A DNA stretch of 64,000 nucleotides from Minisyncoccota bacterium (GCA_023137185.1 JAGLPS010000019.1:309-64308); one strand, 5' to 3'; counted from the first letter of the stretch, positions 1-9,088 are shown. Program-made: numbers and translations. The notes: generated by a model not told the origin, from the sequence alone.

Positions 1-3000
1 TTATAATTTCTCTTATTATCGCACCTTTTGGTAGTTTTTTCTCAACAGATTCAAGATTGATGTCATTAGTGTTCTTTGAAACAGATATTATTTTTGTCCT
101 ATCTCTTGATGGTTCATAAATAGCGATGAGATTGTCCATTACGGTTTTTAAATGGGAAATAAAGATTAAAGACTTTCCTGTTCTTGGGTGTTTCGCGTAA
201 TGGTACCTTGCGAACGCATTTTCATTATACACCGCCTTCGTCGTTGTTCCGTACGTGAGCAAATTCAGAGAAATTAAAGACTGGCGTTTCTTTTCAGCCA
301 AATCATAACTAACTGCAAGGGTGTTCCCCCACTCGTCCGTTATCGTGGTGGATTTATCTCCAAACAAAACCACGGGTTCTTGCGTTGTTTCGTCAATGCC
401 CGTTATTTCTATGCCGTTCTTTTCCATAGAAAAACCGATTCTCGCTTCGGGAGGAATGTCATCAACAGGAATCGGGGGTAAGGTTACAGTGCCTCCGATC
501 ACGGGCTCAAGCGAAATGTCCGTTTCTCCGTCATTGTCAAAATCCACGTCAAGAGAAGACGCGTTCTCTATGGTGCCAAGAGGAAAAGATATTGACGCTT
601 TCGTTGTGGTCGCAACTGGTATTGATTCAAACATAGTCGCGGCAATAATAACGCCATTGGAAGATTCTTCTATTTCAAGGTCAAAGGACCCGCTCGCGAA
701 TCCCGAAAGATTTATAACAGGAGCAGCTTGTTTTGGTATGGAGATATATTGGACTTCTCCAAAGTGTTTATACCTTCCCCCGGGTATAGCCGATGTCGTT
801 GAACTAAGTGTGTTTCCAAAACTGTCTACAGCCGTCATACCCAAAGGAGAGTGAAGATAGAAATACAAGCGGTTGTCGGATTCTCCCACCGATGGCTGGT
901 AATCGGTAACAAATTGCGGAGTGGTAGTCGTCCCCTCAATTTTGTTTTTTATGAGCTCAACTAGCTGTGGAATTTCTAAAATGTTTTTGTGCTCCCTTGG
1001 AACATGAATACCACTAGATAAAACATTGTTGTAACTATTCAAATTCACCCACCACCTTTTAACGTTCGGGCTTGAAGTGCTCATAGCAAGAGCGCTCGGC
1101 GTAACAACTATCCCATCGCCGTCAACAACAAGCTTAGGTTTATAATCCCACACAAGTTCGCTTTCCTCACAGAAAAAGTTATCCCCAATCGGCAAATAAG
1201 AAACGCATTTATTTTTCCCTTTATAAACTATTGACGACAACGTCTCCTCGCCCCAGCCGGCAATTTCGTAAATATCAATACGCGAAGGCGGAATAAAATC
1301 GTCTATTTCATTATGCGCGCTATCGGCGTACGCGAGCAATTGTTCGTTCAATACTTCCGGCGATGACAAATCGGAAAATAGCGGGGATTCCCTGCCATCG
1401 CCCTCCTCGCCTTTTAGAAAACTCCAAAGTTCCTCCTTCGTATCTATTGTATCGCCGTATTCAGCCACAGCATCGTCTATTGGTTCGTACCCGCTACCTT
1501 CAAACCGTATGGGAGGCGTGGTTATTCCTCCGCCTTCACCCAGCCAATACGAAGCGGATGGTAAAAGAGGATACGCGCCCGGCATATTCTGCGCAAACTC
1601 GCGCGCCGTGCTCCTTGAAACCACCGCGTCAAACCAGTCTTTAGGCAAACCCTGGTCAAAGCCGTGAAGAAGCGCGCCTATCGCCATCGGCGTTCCCGCT
1701 TGCGGAACCGCCACCAAAAATACGTTGTCAATTTTTTCAAGAAGCGGGCTGTTTTCATTTTCAAGTTTTTTCAGCAAATACTTTACTACCAGTCCCCCGT
1801 TTGAATGAGCAACAATAGACACTTTTCCCGTCTTTGACGTTTCAGCGAGCCGATTGAGTTCCTGAATAATGTAAGGAGTGCTAGTCGCCCGCAAATCTCC
1901 AGAATAGTAAATTTTTTCGTCCACTTTGTTCCCATAAGAGAGAATGTCATTAAGCGAGAGCCGCCAATCGTATGGCACGGTCGAATAATCGGCGATAATA
2001 CGCTCGTCGTTTTTCCAAGTTTCCAAATCGGAAAGAAACGACTTGTAAATATTCCAAAGAGGAATAAACCCAAACGCGCGCACCTCGCCAATCACGTCCT
2101 TTGTGTAAATATCAAAACGCGCGCTTTGTCCGTTTTCATCCAAAAAGAGCGCTTCAACATCGCCGTTGTTATTAGGTTCCCAAAGAATATCCGTGCCGCC
2201 GCTATAGTCGGGTTTGTACAAGCGACTTGCTTCAAGTCCCGGCAAAAACAGAACACTTGAACAACATTCCGGCGCGAGAATATTAAGAGGATACTCGGTA
2301 AGCCATGGGTCAAAATCAACGTCGCCGACAACTCCGTCCCCCGTGCCCAAAGGGTTCACGGGATTTCTCGGTCCGGACGCATCTCCCCACCAATTATTGG
2401 TGGCATCCGCGATATCAGGGTTTGCGGACGGCAAACTGGAGTAAAAATTGACGCCGTAGTTTGAGTTTCCGGCGATAGAACTGTCATGAATTTCAAGAAT
2501 CGGTCGGATGTCGCAAGAAAAAACTCCGGCGCAGACGCCTAGCACACCATCAAAATTATTCGTAATGGTCGTGCTCGCGATACTCGCCGAGCCACCTGTT
2601 AACTTCACACCTGCGATAATAAAATCTTGGATCACGGCGTCTGCTAATTCAAGATGTCCTCGCTCGCCGCTTCCGGCGCTGACCTCAATTCCAACTCTTC
2701 CACCCGAAAGAAACACGCGATTCGCACTCGCGATCGCGTTGACACTTATGTTGATTGCCAATCCCGACCCCGCGTTGGTAACAGTTATATTTTCAAATGT
2801 CGCGGTCGCGTTTCCGACTGTAATTCCCGAGCCACCAGTAAGATTTTCAATAGTAATATCGGAGAACAAGCAGGTTCCACCCCCGCCACAGGACAAGCCG
2901 TCGTTAACATTATTCAACGTAATATTTTTAAATTCATACGTTCCATTATTCGCGATAACAGAACGAACTGAATCAAGAAAATGCGTGTCTTCAAAAACAG

Positions 3001-3499
3001 TATCCGCGCGCGTAGCCCGCAAACCGTCATTACTGTATTTCCACACAAGCCCTTTAATTTTATGGGGACCGCTATATTTAGACAGGTCAACCAACCATTC
3101 GTCATTCGGCGCCCCTTCCGAAAAACCATCTCCATTTGTATCACCACCCGCGCTGTCATCCTTGAGCGAAGTAAAAAATACAGGATTTTCGGTAGCGCCA
3201 TTCACGATTAAGACGCCGGTCTGACGGACATACATTCTGGCATTATCCCCAAACTTCACAATCGCGCCTTCTTCAATGGTAAGAGTGGCACCGTCTTGAA
3301 CGCTTACGATAGTAGAGTCGCTTATGTAATACGGACTGTCCTCGGCATTCCACACAGTATCTGATGTAATAGTTGCGCCAGAGACGTCTGTTGCTGCCCG
3401 CACGGCAATCGGCAACAGCAATATAAGTGCGAAAACAGCCAATTTCAAAAACCATATATTTGTGCGTTTTTTTATGTATTTCTTGGTATGTTTGAGCAT
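1..3499 (-). CDS. Large secreted protein, 3'-truncated by the window edge (more than 1160 codons visible). It has an N-terminal signal peptide, parallel beta-helix-like repeats, and a C-terminal-half alpha/beta-hydrolase (lipase/esterase) domain with a GxSxG nucleophile elbow (VAHSNGG).
   Basis: I translated the minus strand by hand from the ATG at 3497-3499 and found no stop codon down to position 1. The frame is absent from the ORF track, apparently because its stop lies outside the window. The start reads MLKHTKKYIKKRTNIWFLKLAVFALILLLPIAVRA, a clear signal peptide. Beta-helix-like motifs include NITVTNAGSGLAINISV, and SIVAHSNGGLVVKYLL marks the nucleophile elbow. The plus-strand ORFs in this span (321..854, 2508..3224) are low-complexity shadows. 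Confidence 0.6.
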   Translation of the reverse strand, partial: MLKHTKKYIKKRTNIWFLKLAVFALILLLPIAVRAATDVSGATITSDTVWNAEDSPYYISDSTIVSVQDGATLTIEEGAIVKFGDNARMYVRQTGVLIVNGATENPVFFTSLKDDSAGGDTNGDGFSEGAPNDEWLVDLSKYSGPHKIKGLVWKYSNDGLRATRADTVFEDTHFLDSVRSVIANNGTYEFKNITLNNVNDGLSCGGGGTCLFSDITIENLTGGSGITVGNATATFENITVTNAGSGLAINISVNAIASANRVFLSGGRVGIEVSAGSGERGHLELADAVIQDFIIAGVKLTGGSASIASTTITNNFDGVLGVCAGVFSCDIRPILEIHDSSIAGNSNYGVNFYSSLPSANPDIADATNNWWGDASGPRNPVNPLGTGDGVVGDVDFDPWLTEYPLNILAPECCSSVLFLPGLEASRLYKPDYSGGTDILWEPNNNGDVEALFLDENGQSARFDIYTKDVIGEVRAFGFIPLWNIYKSFLSDLETWKNDERIIADYSTVPYDWRLSLNDILSYGNKVDEKIYYSGDLRATSTPYIIQELNRLAETSKTGKVSIVAHSNGGLVVKYLLKKLENENSPLLEKIDNVFLVAVPQAGTPMAIGALLHGFDQGLPKDWFDAVVSRSTAREFAQNMPGAYPLLPSASYWLGEGGGITTPPIRFEGSGYEPIDDAVAEYGDTIDTKEELWSFLKGEEGDGRESPLFSDLSSPEVLNEQLLAYADSAHNEIDDFIPPSRIDIYEIAGWGEETLSSIVYKGKNKCVSYLPIGDNFFCEESELVWDYKPKLVVDGDGIVVTPSALAMSTSSPNVKRWWVNLNSYNNVLSSGIHVPREHKNILEIPQLVELIKNKIEGTTTTPQFVTDYQPSVGESDNRLYFYLHSPLGMTAVDSFGNTLSSTTSAIPGGRYKHFGEVQYISIPKQAAPVINLSGFASGSFDLEIEESSNGVIIAATMFESIPVATTTKASISFPLGTIENASSLDVDFDNDGETDISLEPVIGGTVTLPPIPVDDIPPEARIGFSMEKNGIEITGIDETTQEPVVLFGDKSTTITDEWGNTLAVSYDLAEKKRQSLISLNLLTYGTTTKAVYNENAFARYHYAKHPRTGKSLIFISHLKTVMDNLIAIYEPSRDRTKIISVSKNTNDINLESVEKKLPKGAIIREII

Positions 3500-3640
3500 T
3501 TTGTTTTCCCAAATTTTCGAGTATGTGTATACTATCATAAACATAATTACGAACGTAATTACGAACGTAATTACACCCTTGAAATTATCTGAATGCCCTA
3601 CTTGGAGGTTGAGCCTCCAAAGTTCACAAAGTTGAGATTT

Positions 3641-3988
3641 TTAAATAAGCTCAAAACCCAGAATTCCGTATTCTTCTATCTTCTCTAAATAGTCGGGGTA
3701 CGAAGCATATCTTTTTCTTATTTGTTCGGCACTATTCAAGTTAGGCATAACTTTTTTTATTGGGACTTCGGTAAGCATATCCTCAATGGTCGACCAGTGG
3801 TATTTTCTAAGTATTTTTTTAGAGAAAACATCGTTACCGCACACAAACTTGATTTCACCCCCCGCTTCAATAGATTGATACTCTTTTGTTCCGGCGCGTG
3901 TTTCTATGGCTTTAACACCGTTTTTGATTTCTTCAAAACGCTCTTTGTCTACCTCTCTGAATTTTAAAATTGGTATTCCCATTCTCAA
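3641..3988 (-). CDS. ASCH-domain protein
   Basis: A 115-aa protein with the ASCH-like pattern (LKF...I..G.K.IETR... GGEIKF, short beta-barrel). Confidence 0.55.
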   Translation of the reverse strand: MRMGIPILKFREVDKERFEEIKNGVKAIETRAGTKEYQSIEAGGEIKFVCGNDVFSKKILRKYHWSTIEDMLTEVPIKKVMPNLNSAEQIRKRYASYPDYLEKIEEYGILGFELI

Positions 3989-4056
3989 AAATTATAGCAA
4001 AATAACAAAACAGTCTAGTTCGCTTTGTACATTCGGCTTTGCAAAGTTCAGTGTTT

Positions 4057-4121
4057 TTTTATCGAGTTTTTATCGAGGTTTTTTATCGAGGTTCTTTTTT
4101 ATCGAGGTTCAACCTCGATAT
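4057..4121. repeat. Iteron-like direct repeats: about four copies of TTTTTATCGAGGTT, followed by the inverted copy AACCTCGATA
   Basis: Seen in the sequence between the ASCH and GIY-YIG genes. A related TTGAACCTCGATAA occurs at 8866-8879. Confidence 0.6.
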
Positions 4122-4148
4122 TTCACTTTATTAGTTTCTTCCATAATT

Positions 4149-4430
4149 CTAAGTCCTTCTTTTAGGTCGATGTTTTGCAGTCCTTGTCATAGTGGCACAT
4201 ATTAGATTCAATTTCTTTTTTCTGCGCCAACTTTTGATTTCAGCTTCTCTTTTTAAAGCCGATGACCTGTTAGGATGTTCCTCTGTATACACAACACGTA
4301 CAACTTTTTTGGAACTTGTGTAGTGCCCGCCCATTTTATTCTTGTGTTCATTAAAGCGACGTTCTACATCAGTTGTTATTCCTGTGTAGAATGAACCGTC
4401 ACTGCATTCTATAAGATATACAAAATACAT
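4149..4430 (-). CDS. GIY-YIG nuclease-family protein (YhbQ/UPF0213-like small stand-alone GIY-YIG)
   Basis: MYFVYLIECSDGSFYTGITTDVERRFNEHK...ALKREAEIKSWRRKKKLNLI matches the GIY-YIG core (GIY...YTG...R...EH...K). Confidence 0.75.
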   Translation of the reverse strand: MYFVYLIECSDGSFYTGITTDVERRFNEHKNKMGGHYTSSKKVVRVVYTEEHPNRSSALKREAEIKSWRRKKKLNLICATMTRTAKHRPKRRT

Positions 4431-4460
4431 ATTTCATCTGCCCTTCAAAGCAAAGCTTTT

Positions 4461-4669
4461 CAGGACATTGGGTTGCATTTGTCCCTTGCCCTTCGTCGAA
4501 GACTTCTCAAGGACTGCGTCGCTTCGCTTCTTTCCCTGCCCTTCGTCGAGGACTCCTCAGGACATTAGATTGCATTTGTCCCCTGCCCTTCGTCGAGGAC
4601 TCCTCATCAGGACTGCATCGCTTCGCTTCTTTCCCTGCCCTTCGTCGAGGACTCCTCAGGACACTGAAT
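4461..4669. repeat. Tandem repeat, about 99 bp x 2.1. Each unit contains two copies of a 28-bp core (CTGCCCTTCGTCGAGGACTCCTCAGGAC) separated by two alternating 21-22-bp spacers.
   Basis: Read directly from the sequence. The spacers themselves recur, so this is not CRISPR-like. Confidence 0.8.
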
Positions 4670-4702
4670 TTTTATAGTCGCTTCGCTCGTTAAAAATTCG
4701 TG

Positions 4703-4773
4703 CTGCGGGACTTGGACTCGAACCAAGATACTCGCCTTCAAAGGGCGATGTCCTACCATTAGACGATCCCGCA
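4703..4773 (-). tRNA. tRNA-Gln (anticodon UUG)
   Basis: A cloverleaf folds by hand. The acceptor stem is U1-A72 and the discriminator is G73 (Gln identity elements). The D-arm is GUCU/GGAC, the anticodon stem UCGCC/GGCGA, the anticodon loop CUUUGAA and the T-arm CUUGG-UUCGAGU-CCAAG. No CCA is encoded. Confidence 0.75.
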
Positions 4774-4778
4774 ATGTG

Positions 4779-5891
4779 TTATTCAGAATGCCCGATTATC
4801 TTAATAAGCGCAAGCTCAAGTGGGAGCGTTTGAATGTATGAATACTGCGTGTTTTCGTACGCAGTCAAAAGAGTGTAAAGCGTAGCTGATGAAATATTAG
4901 AATCCTTGTTCTTGCTCAAGTCTTTTAAAAACTTAAAGTCCTCGTCCGTTAATTCTTCTTTGATTTCCTTTTCCATTTCAGGAGCAAACCGCAAAAGCAA
5001 CACATAGCGAACATTGCGGAGAAGGAGTTTCAAAAATACCTTCATATCAATATTCCCCTCCGCCACTTTCTTGAGAGCCATAAGTCCGTCCGGCAATTTT
5101 TTCTCGGAAATGCTTTTTATGACCGTGTTTACAAGCCCGGATTTCGGCGCGCCGGTTACCATTTCCACTTCTTCAACGGAAACTTTTTTGTCCTTTGAAG
5201 ATGTGATTACTTTTTGCAAAATTCCCAACGCGTCTCGGAAAGAGCCCTCTGAAAGAAGCGCGATCAAATCAGCAGACGAAGGCTCAAGCGAGTACCCTTC
5301 TTTTTTTGCCACATCCGTAATCATTTTTTTAAGAGTCTCCTGATTCGGTTTCTTGAACGTGAATGTTTGGCAGCGGGAAATGACAGTTTCCGGAAGTTTT
5401 TCCATTTCCGTCGTCGCGAGAATAAAGACGACATATTCCGGCGGCTCCTCCAAAGTTTTCAGAAGCGCGTTGAAGGCTTCTTTGGTAAGCATATGCACCT
5501 CGTCAATAATGTAGACTTTACATTTTGAATCAAACGGAAAGCTGGAAACCGATTCGCGAAGCGCCCGCACATCATCAATGCCGCGGTTTGATGCCGCGTC
5601 TATTTCATAGAGGTCGTTTCCGCTGCATCCGATTTCCGAAGAGAATATGCGGGCAACACTTGTCTTCCCCGTTCCACGGGAACCTGAAAAAAGATAGGCG
5701 TGGGAGAAGTTTCCTTCTTTTATCGCGCCCTGAAGCACATTTACTACGTGATCCTGCCCAATGACTTGGGAAAATTTTTGAGGCCTGTATTTGCGATAGA
5801 GTACGCTTTGAGACACTCCGATAGAATTTTTACTATTATTGATAGACATATTAAATATATGATTGCCCCTATTCCTGTCTGCGCTTATCAA
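4779..5891 (-). CDS. dnaX: DNA polymerase III subunit gamma/tau (short form)
   Basis: YRPQKFSQVIGQDHVVNVLQGAIKEGNFSHAYLFSGSRGTGKTSVARIF, with Walker A and the clamp-loader sensor motifs. Confidence 0.85.
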   Translation of the reverse strand: MISADRNRGNHIFNMSINNSKNSIGVSQSVLYRKYRPQKFSQVIGQDHVVNVLQGAIKEGNFSHAYLFSGSRGTGKTSVARIFSSEIGCSGNDLYEIDAASNRGIDDVRALRESVSSFPFDSKCKVYIIDEVHMLTKEAFNALLKTLEEPPEYVVFILATTEMEKLPETVISRCQTFTFKKPNQETLKKMITDVAKKEGYSLEPSSADLIALLSEGSFRDALGILQKVITSSKDKKVSVEEVEMVTGAPKSGLVNTVIKSISEKKLPDGLMALKKVAEGNIDMKVFLKLLLRNVRYVLLLRFAPEMEKEIKEELTDEDFKFLKDLSKNKDSNISSATLYTLLTAYENTQYSYIQTLPLELALIKIIGHSE

Positions 5892-5930
5892 ATTATAACG
5901 AAATTCTAACAGAACAAGTAGCCACAGTAT

Positions 5931-5964
5931 ATCAAAAGAAAACCCCCTTACGCATCAAGGGGGC
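5931..5964 (-). terminator. Rho-independent terminator on the minus strand (CCCCCTT-loop-AAGGGGG followed by TTTTCTTTT)
   Basis: Hairpin plus U-tract immediately downstream of the small membrane ORF 5998..6234. Confidence 0.5.
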
Positions 5965-5997
5965 AGTGGCTATTATTTTATTCGGAGAGGTTATGGC

Positions 5998-6234
5998 CTA
6001 GAGGGGCAAAAGCGGACCCCAAATCAAAAGAAAACAAACTGCAAAGATCAAAATAGCAGCCAATATGAGGGGCTCAGAAGAACCGTCGTATTTTTCCATA
6101 TTAGGAATCCAATATTTAGAGTTCCTAATATAAAAAGTAATACCAATCACAACAATGCCAGTAATTATCACTCTAATACAATATGGTGATGAAACAAGAG
6201 CCTCCGTTAAGATTCCCATTTTTCCTCCTTCCAT
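5998..6234 (-). CDS. Small hypothetical membrane protein (two predicted TM helices)
   Basis: ORF-track ORF with hydrophobic helices and a terminator downstream. No homology recognised. Confidence 0.3.
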   Translation of the reverse strand: MEGGKMGILTEALVSSPYCIRVIITGIVVIGITFYIRNSKYWIPNMEKYDGSSEPLILAAILIFAVCFLLIWGPLLPL

Positions 6235-6308
6235 CCATATATAAATGAACTTAAAATTGACTGTATAGAATTAAATAGAAGAAAGAAGTAATTGTCAAAT
6301 TATGAATT

Positions 6309-7460
6309 TTAGTTTGTCTGTCTTGTTTTTAGATAGTTTTTCACCACTTTTTTTACCTCTTCTGCGTTTTTTACTTCCATAAGCCGCATCCGCAATTCTT
6401 TTGCCCCGTTCCAGCCAAATACGTACGCTTTGAAATGTTTTTTCATAACTGAAAAATTCTTTTTGCTCTTGAAAAGTTTTTCAAACAAAAGCGTATGCTC
6501 CACCATCACTGAAAGACGCTCCTGAATTGTGGGAATATGTCCCGGTTCCAATTTTGCGAGATTTTTAGAAAGCGACGCACTCACTTCGTTCGACCTATTT
6601 CGGCTCTGCGTCGCAAAACTTCGTTCGTGTGTTTTCAATTTTTTTTCTCTATCTTTTTCCAACAGCAAAATTGGAACGGGATGCTCAATTTGCCAACGAG
6701 CTTTTAGCTCGGGCAAATTGGCAAACATCCAAGGCGCGCCGAAAATCGCCCGTCCGAGCATTACGCCGTCCGCGCCTGTTTCTTTGGCTTTCTTTTTCGC
6801 GTCCGCGAGACTCATTATGTCCCCATTCCCTAAAATAAGAGTTTTGCTTTTAAGCGAATCGCGAATTTCAACCGCTCGTTTTATCACGTCCCAGCGCGCG
6901 GGAACGTCAGACATTTCTTTGCGCGTTCGCGCGTGAATTGTAATAGCGGCCGGCTCTTCGACTAATAACTCCAGAAGCCACGTTTCAATCTCATTTGTCT
7001 TGTATCCAATTCTTGTTTTAACTGACACGGGAATCCGCCGACCGGCGGATTCCGCGCCTTTTTTTGCCGCCTTTATAAGTTCGCGCGCGAGCTTCGGATT
7101 CTTCATCAATGCCGCGCCAGCCCCCTGTTTTTCAATGCTTCTGTCAGGGCATCCCATATTAATATCTACCCCGTCAAAACCAAGCTCAACGGCAAGCTTG
7201 GCGGCTTTGTGCATATTTTCGGGCTTTATCGTAAAAAATTGCGCCACAATTGGCCGTTCTTTTTCTGTAAATTTTAAGTTAGTCATAAGCGCCTTTTTGC
7301 CTCCCTGAAACAGCCCGTCCGCAGAAACAAATTCCGTCCACATTACATCGGGCTTCCCATATTTGGCGATAACACGCCGAAAAGCCGCGTCCGTAACATC
7401 CGACATCGGCGCAAGCGCTATAATTGGCTTTTTAAGTTTTTTCCAAAATCCCTGCGACAT
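6309..7460 (-). CDS. tRNA-dihydrouridine synthase (Dus family, TIM barrel) with a C-terminal extension
   Basis: ALAPMSDVTDAAFRRV...GVDINMGCP...KTRIG...GNGDI are Dus family motifs. Confidence 0.8.
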   Translation of the reverse strand: MSQGFWKKLKKPIIALAPMSDVTDAAFRRVIAKYGKPDVMWTEFVSADGLFQGGKKALMTNLKFTEKERPIVAQFFTIKPENMHKAAKLAVELGFDGVDINMGCPDRSIEKQGAGAALMKNPKLARELIKAAKKGAESAGRRIPVSVKTRIGYKTNEIETWLLELLVEEPAAITIHARTRKEMSDVPARWDVIKRAVEIRDSLKSKTLILGNGDIMSLADAKKKAKETGADGVMLGRAIFGAPWMFANLPELKARWQIEHPVPILLLEKDREKKLKTHERSFATQSRNRSNEVSASLSKNLAKLEPGHIPTIQERLSVMVEHTLLFEKLFKSKKNFSVMKKHFKAYVFGWNGAKELRMRLMEVKNAEEVKKVVKNYLKTRQTN

Positions 7461-7519
7461 TGTTTTTTACACTACCACAACTTTAAAAAAAGAATCAAAA
7501 AAACCCGTGAGAAATTTTC

Positions 7520-8035
7520 TCACGGGCTCAAATACGCAGTTTTGTAGAAACACTCTTCCCTTTCTTTAAGAAGGTGAAGATAAAATTCAGCATTTCCATA
7601 TTTTGTAAGAATTAATGTGGCAATTGATGTACCGTTAACTTCCACATCCTCGGTTACAAATACAGCATCAGGCACAAGTTTTTTGAGCCTATTAAGCGGC
7701 TCCGGTAGAGAGGAAAAAAGACTAAAGGGTAAGGTAGTGCGACGATATTTAAATCGAGATTCTTTCTGGTCCTTAAACAAACCGACTGAACGACAATCCC
7801 AAAAAAAATCTGTAGAAATTTCGTTGGCATACCTCTTCACTGATTCCTCGGTCAGCGGCTTGATACGAAGCGCGTTAAGAGCTTTCATAAGCACCTTTGC
7901 TTGTGCGCTTTCGCGCCGTGCCTTCCCCGGACTAAATAAGCGGCCACGAAAGGAAGCGAGCCTGTCTTGTATGGGTAGATTGTTGATGAGTAAATAGACA
8001 GGAACCCTTTTTAAAAGCTGCTTGTGTTTTGTCAC
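7520..8035 (-). CDS. Hypothetical protein
   Basis: A 171-aa ORF with no recognised domain, immediately upstream of dus. Confidence 0.35.
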   Translation of the reverse strand: MTKHKQLLKRVPVYLLINNLPIQDRLASFRGRLFSPGKARRESAQAKVLMKALNALRIKPLTEESVKRYANEISTDFFWDCRSVGLFKDQKESRFKYRRTTLPFSLFSSLPEPLNRLKKLVPDAVFVTEDVEVNGTSIATLILTKYGNAEFYLHLLKEREECFYKTAYLSP

Positions 8036-8148
8036 TTTGCCCTCCTTTCTTTATGAAAAGAATTTAACCTAAAACTAGTTATAGCACAAAATCATCTTTT
8101 GCAAAGGAGAACCCATCCTATAAGATGCCGCTTGTACTACCTCATTGC

Positions 8149-8190
8149 GCAAGCGCTATAATTGGCTTTTTAAGTTTTTTCCAAAATCCC
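8149..8190. repeat. Exact 42-bp duplicate of the 5' end of the dus gene (7411..7452), displaced into the intergenic region
   Basis: GCAAGCGCTATAATTGGCTTTTTAAGTTTTTTCCAAAATCCC is present at both sites. Confidence 0.8.
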
Positions 8191-8331
8191 AAATTCATAG
8201 CTTCAAGATTAACACGTTCCCACAATATAAGCGTGGAAATACTTGACGTACTATTTTAAATATGATGTTATGTAAAAAGATAGAGTCAAAAGAATCTTAA
8301 AAAGATGTTCTTTAACAAGGAGGAAGTAAAA

Positions 8332-8790
8332 ATGAAAAAAGTTAATAAGTTTTGGCTTGTAATCGCGTTTTTAATGATTTTGAATTTGAATCTAGGAAAT
8401 TGCAAAGCGGCAATCCCTATGTTTGATAACACAGAAGCAGTCCAAATCTTTCGGACAGAGTCTGGAAAAATACCATATCAGGTAATAAAGAGAGGGTTTC
8501 AAGAACAAATTGCTCTTCTTGGAGAGAGATCGATAATGGTGTTAGACGACTGGAGTACAATTTTTCACTTACATCCTAAAAACCACAACTTCCTTACAGT
8601 ATACGGACCAATAAAAATACGCGTAAATTCTTCGGAAGAAACAATCATACTGAAAGGTAAGATTGAACAAACGATACAGCTTCACAGTACTATTACAAGC
8701 ATTCAATTTCAGGCAAGCAAAAAAGTAAAAATTCTTCTTGTTTCTCGGATGCCCAATCCGTTTGTTGATCAGTTTTTGCCAGTACCATAA
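8332..8790 (+). CDS. Small secreted hypothetical protein (signal peptide)
   Basis: AGGAGG sits 8 nt upstream of the ATG at 8332. MKKVNKFWLVIAFLMILNLNLGNCKA is signal-peptide-like. Confidence 0.45.
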   Translation: MKKVNKFWLVIAFLMILNLNLGNCKAAIPMFDNTEAVQIFRTESGKIPYQVIKRGFQEQIALLGERSIMVLDDWSTIFHLHPKNHNFLTVYGPIKIRVNSSEETIILKGKIEQTIQLHSTITSIQFQASKKVKILLVSRMPNPFVDQFLPVP

Positions 8791-8893
8791 AAGGCAAACC
8801 AGTAAAAGTGGAGAAAGAAATTTCTCCACTTTTTTTATGCAAAGAAAACCCGTCAATTATACCTAGATTGAACCTCGATAACAAAGCACTCCG

Positions 8894-8971
8894 TTTTTGG
8901 ACACTCAGTGTCCAAAAACCCAAGTGTCCAAAAACCCAAATTACACTACACTTGGAAGCCGAGCTTCCAAG
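8894..8971. repeat. Composite palindromic repeat element: TTTTTGGACACTCAGTGTCCAAAAA, then TTACACTACA, then CTTGGAAGCCGAGCTTCCAAG
   Basis: Both palindrome cores recur in the same arrangement but inverted orientation at 23646..23726. Single palindromes occur at 3602, 31520, 36964, 50946, 60241 and 60771. Confidence 0.7.
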
Positions 8972-9088
8972 TTGGCAAAGATTGTTAAACTCGCGTAAAA
9001 AAATTTGACAAAAAGGATATTTGTGCTAATATAGCAAAAGATAAAGAAGAGTACAGTCCTTTAAAAAACCGTTAAAAGGAGAGCTGCG

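Noticed and set aside
321-3224. Plus-strand ORFs 321..854, 2508..3224, 2654..2971 and 2981..3211 from the ORF track
   Set aside because: Their translations are low-complexity or Pro/Ser-rich. The opposite strand carries a continuous, sensible protein-coding frame, so these are antisense shadow ORFs.
4461-4669. Possible CRISPR array (28-bp repeats with ~21-bp spacers)
   Set aside because: The spacers are not unique: two spacer sequences alternate. The structure is a 99-bp tandem duplication, and no cas genes are nearby.
4468-4677. 69-aa plus-strand ORF with internal repetition (SLRFFPCPSSRTPQD x2)
   Set aside because: It is generated by the tandem DNA repeat and has no RBS.
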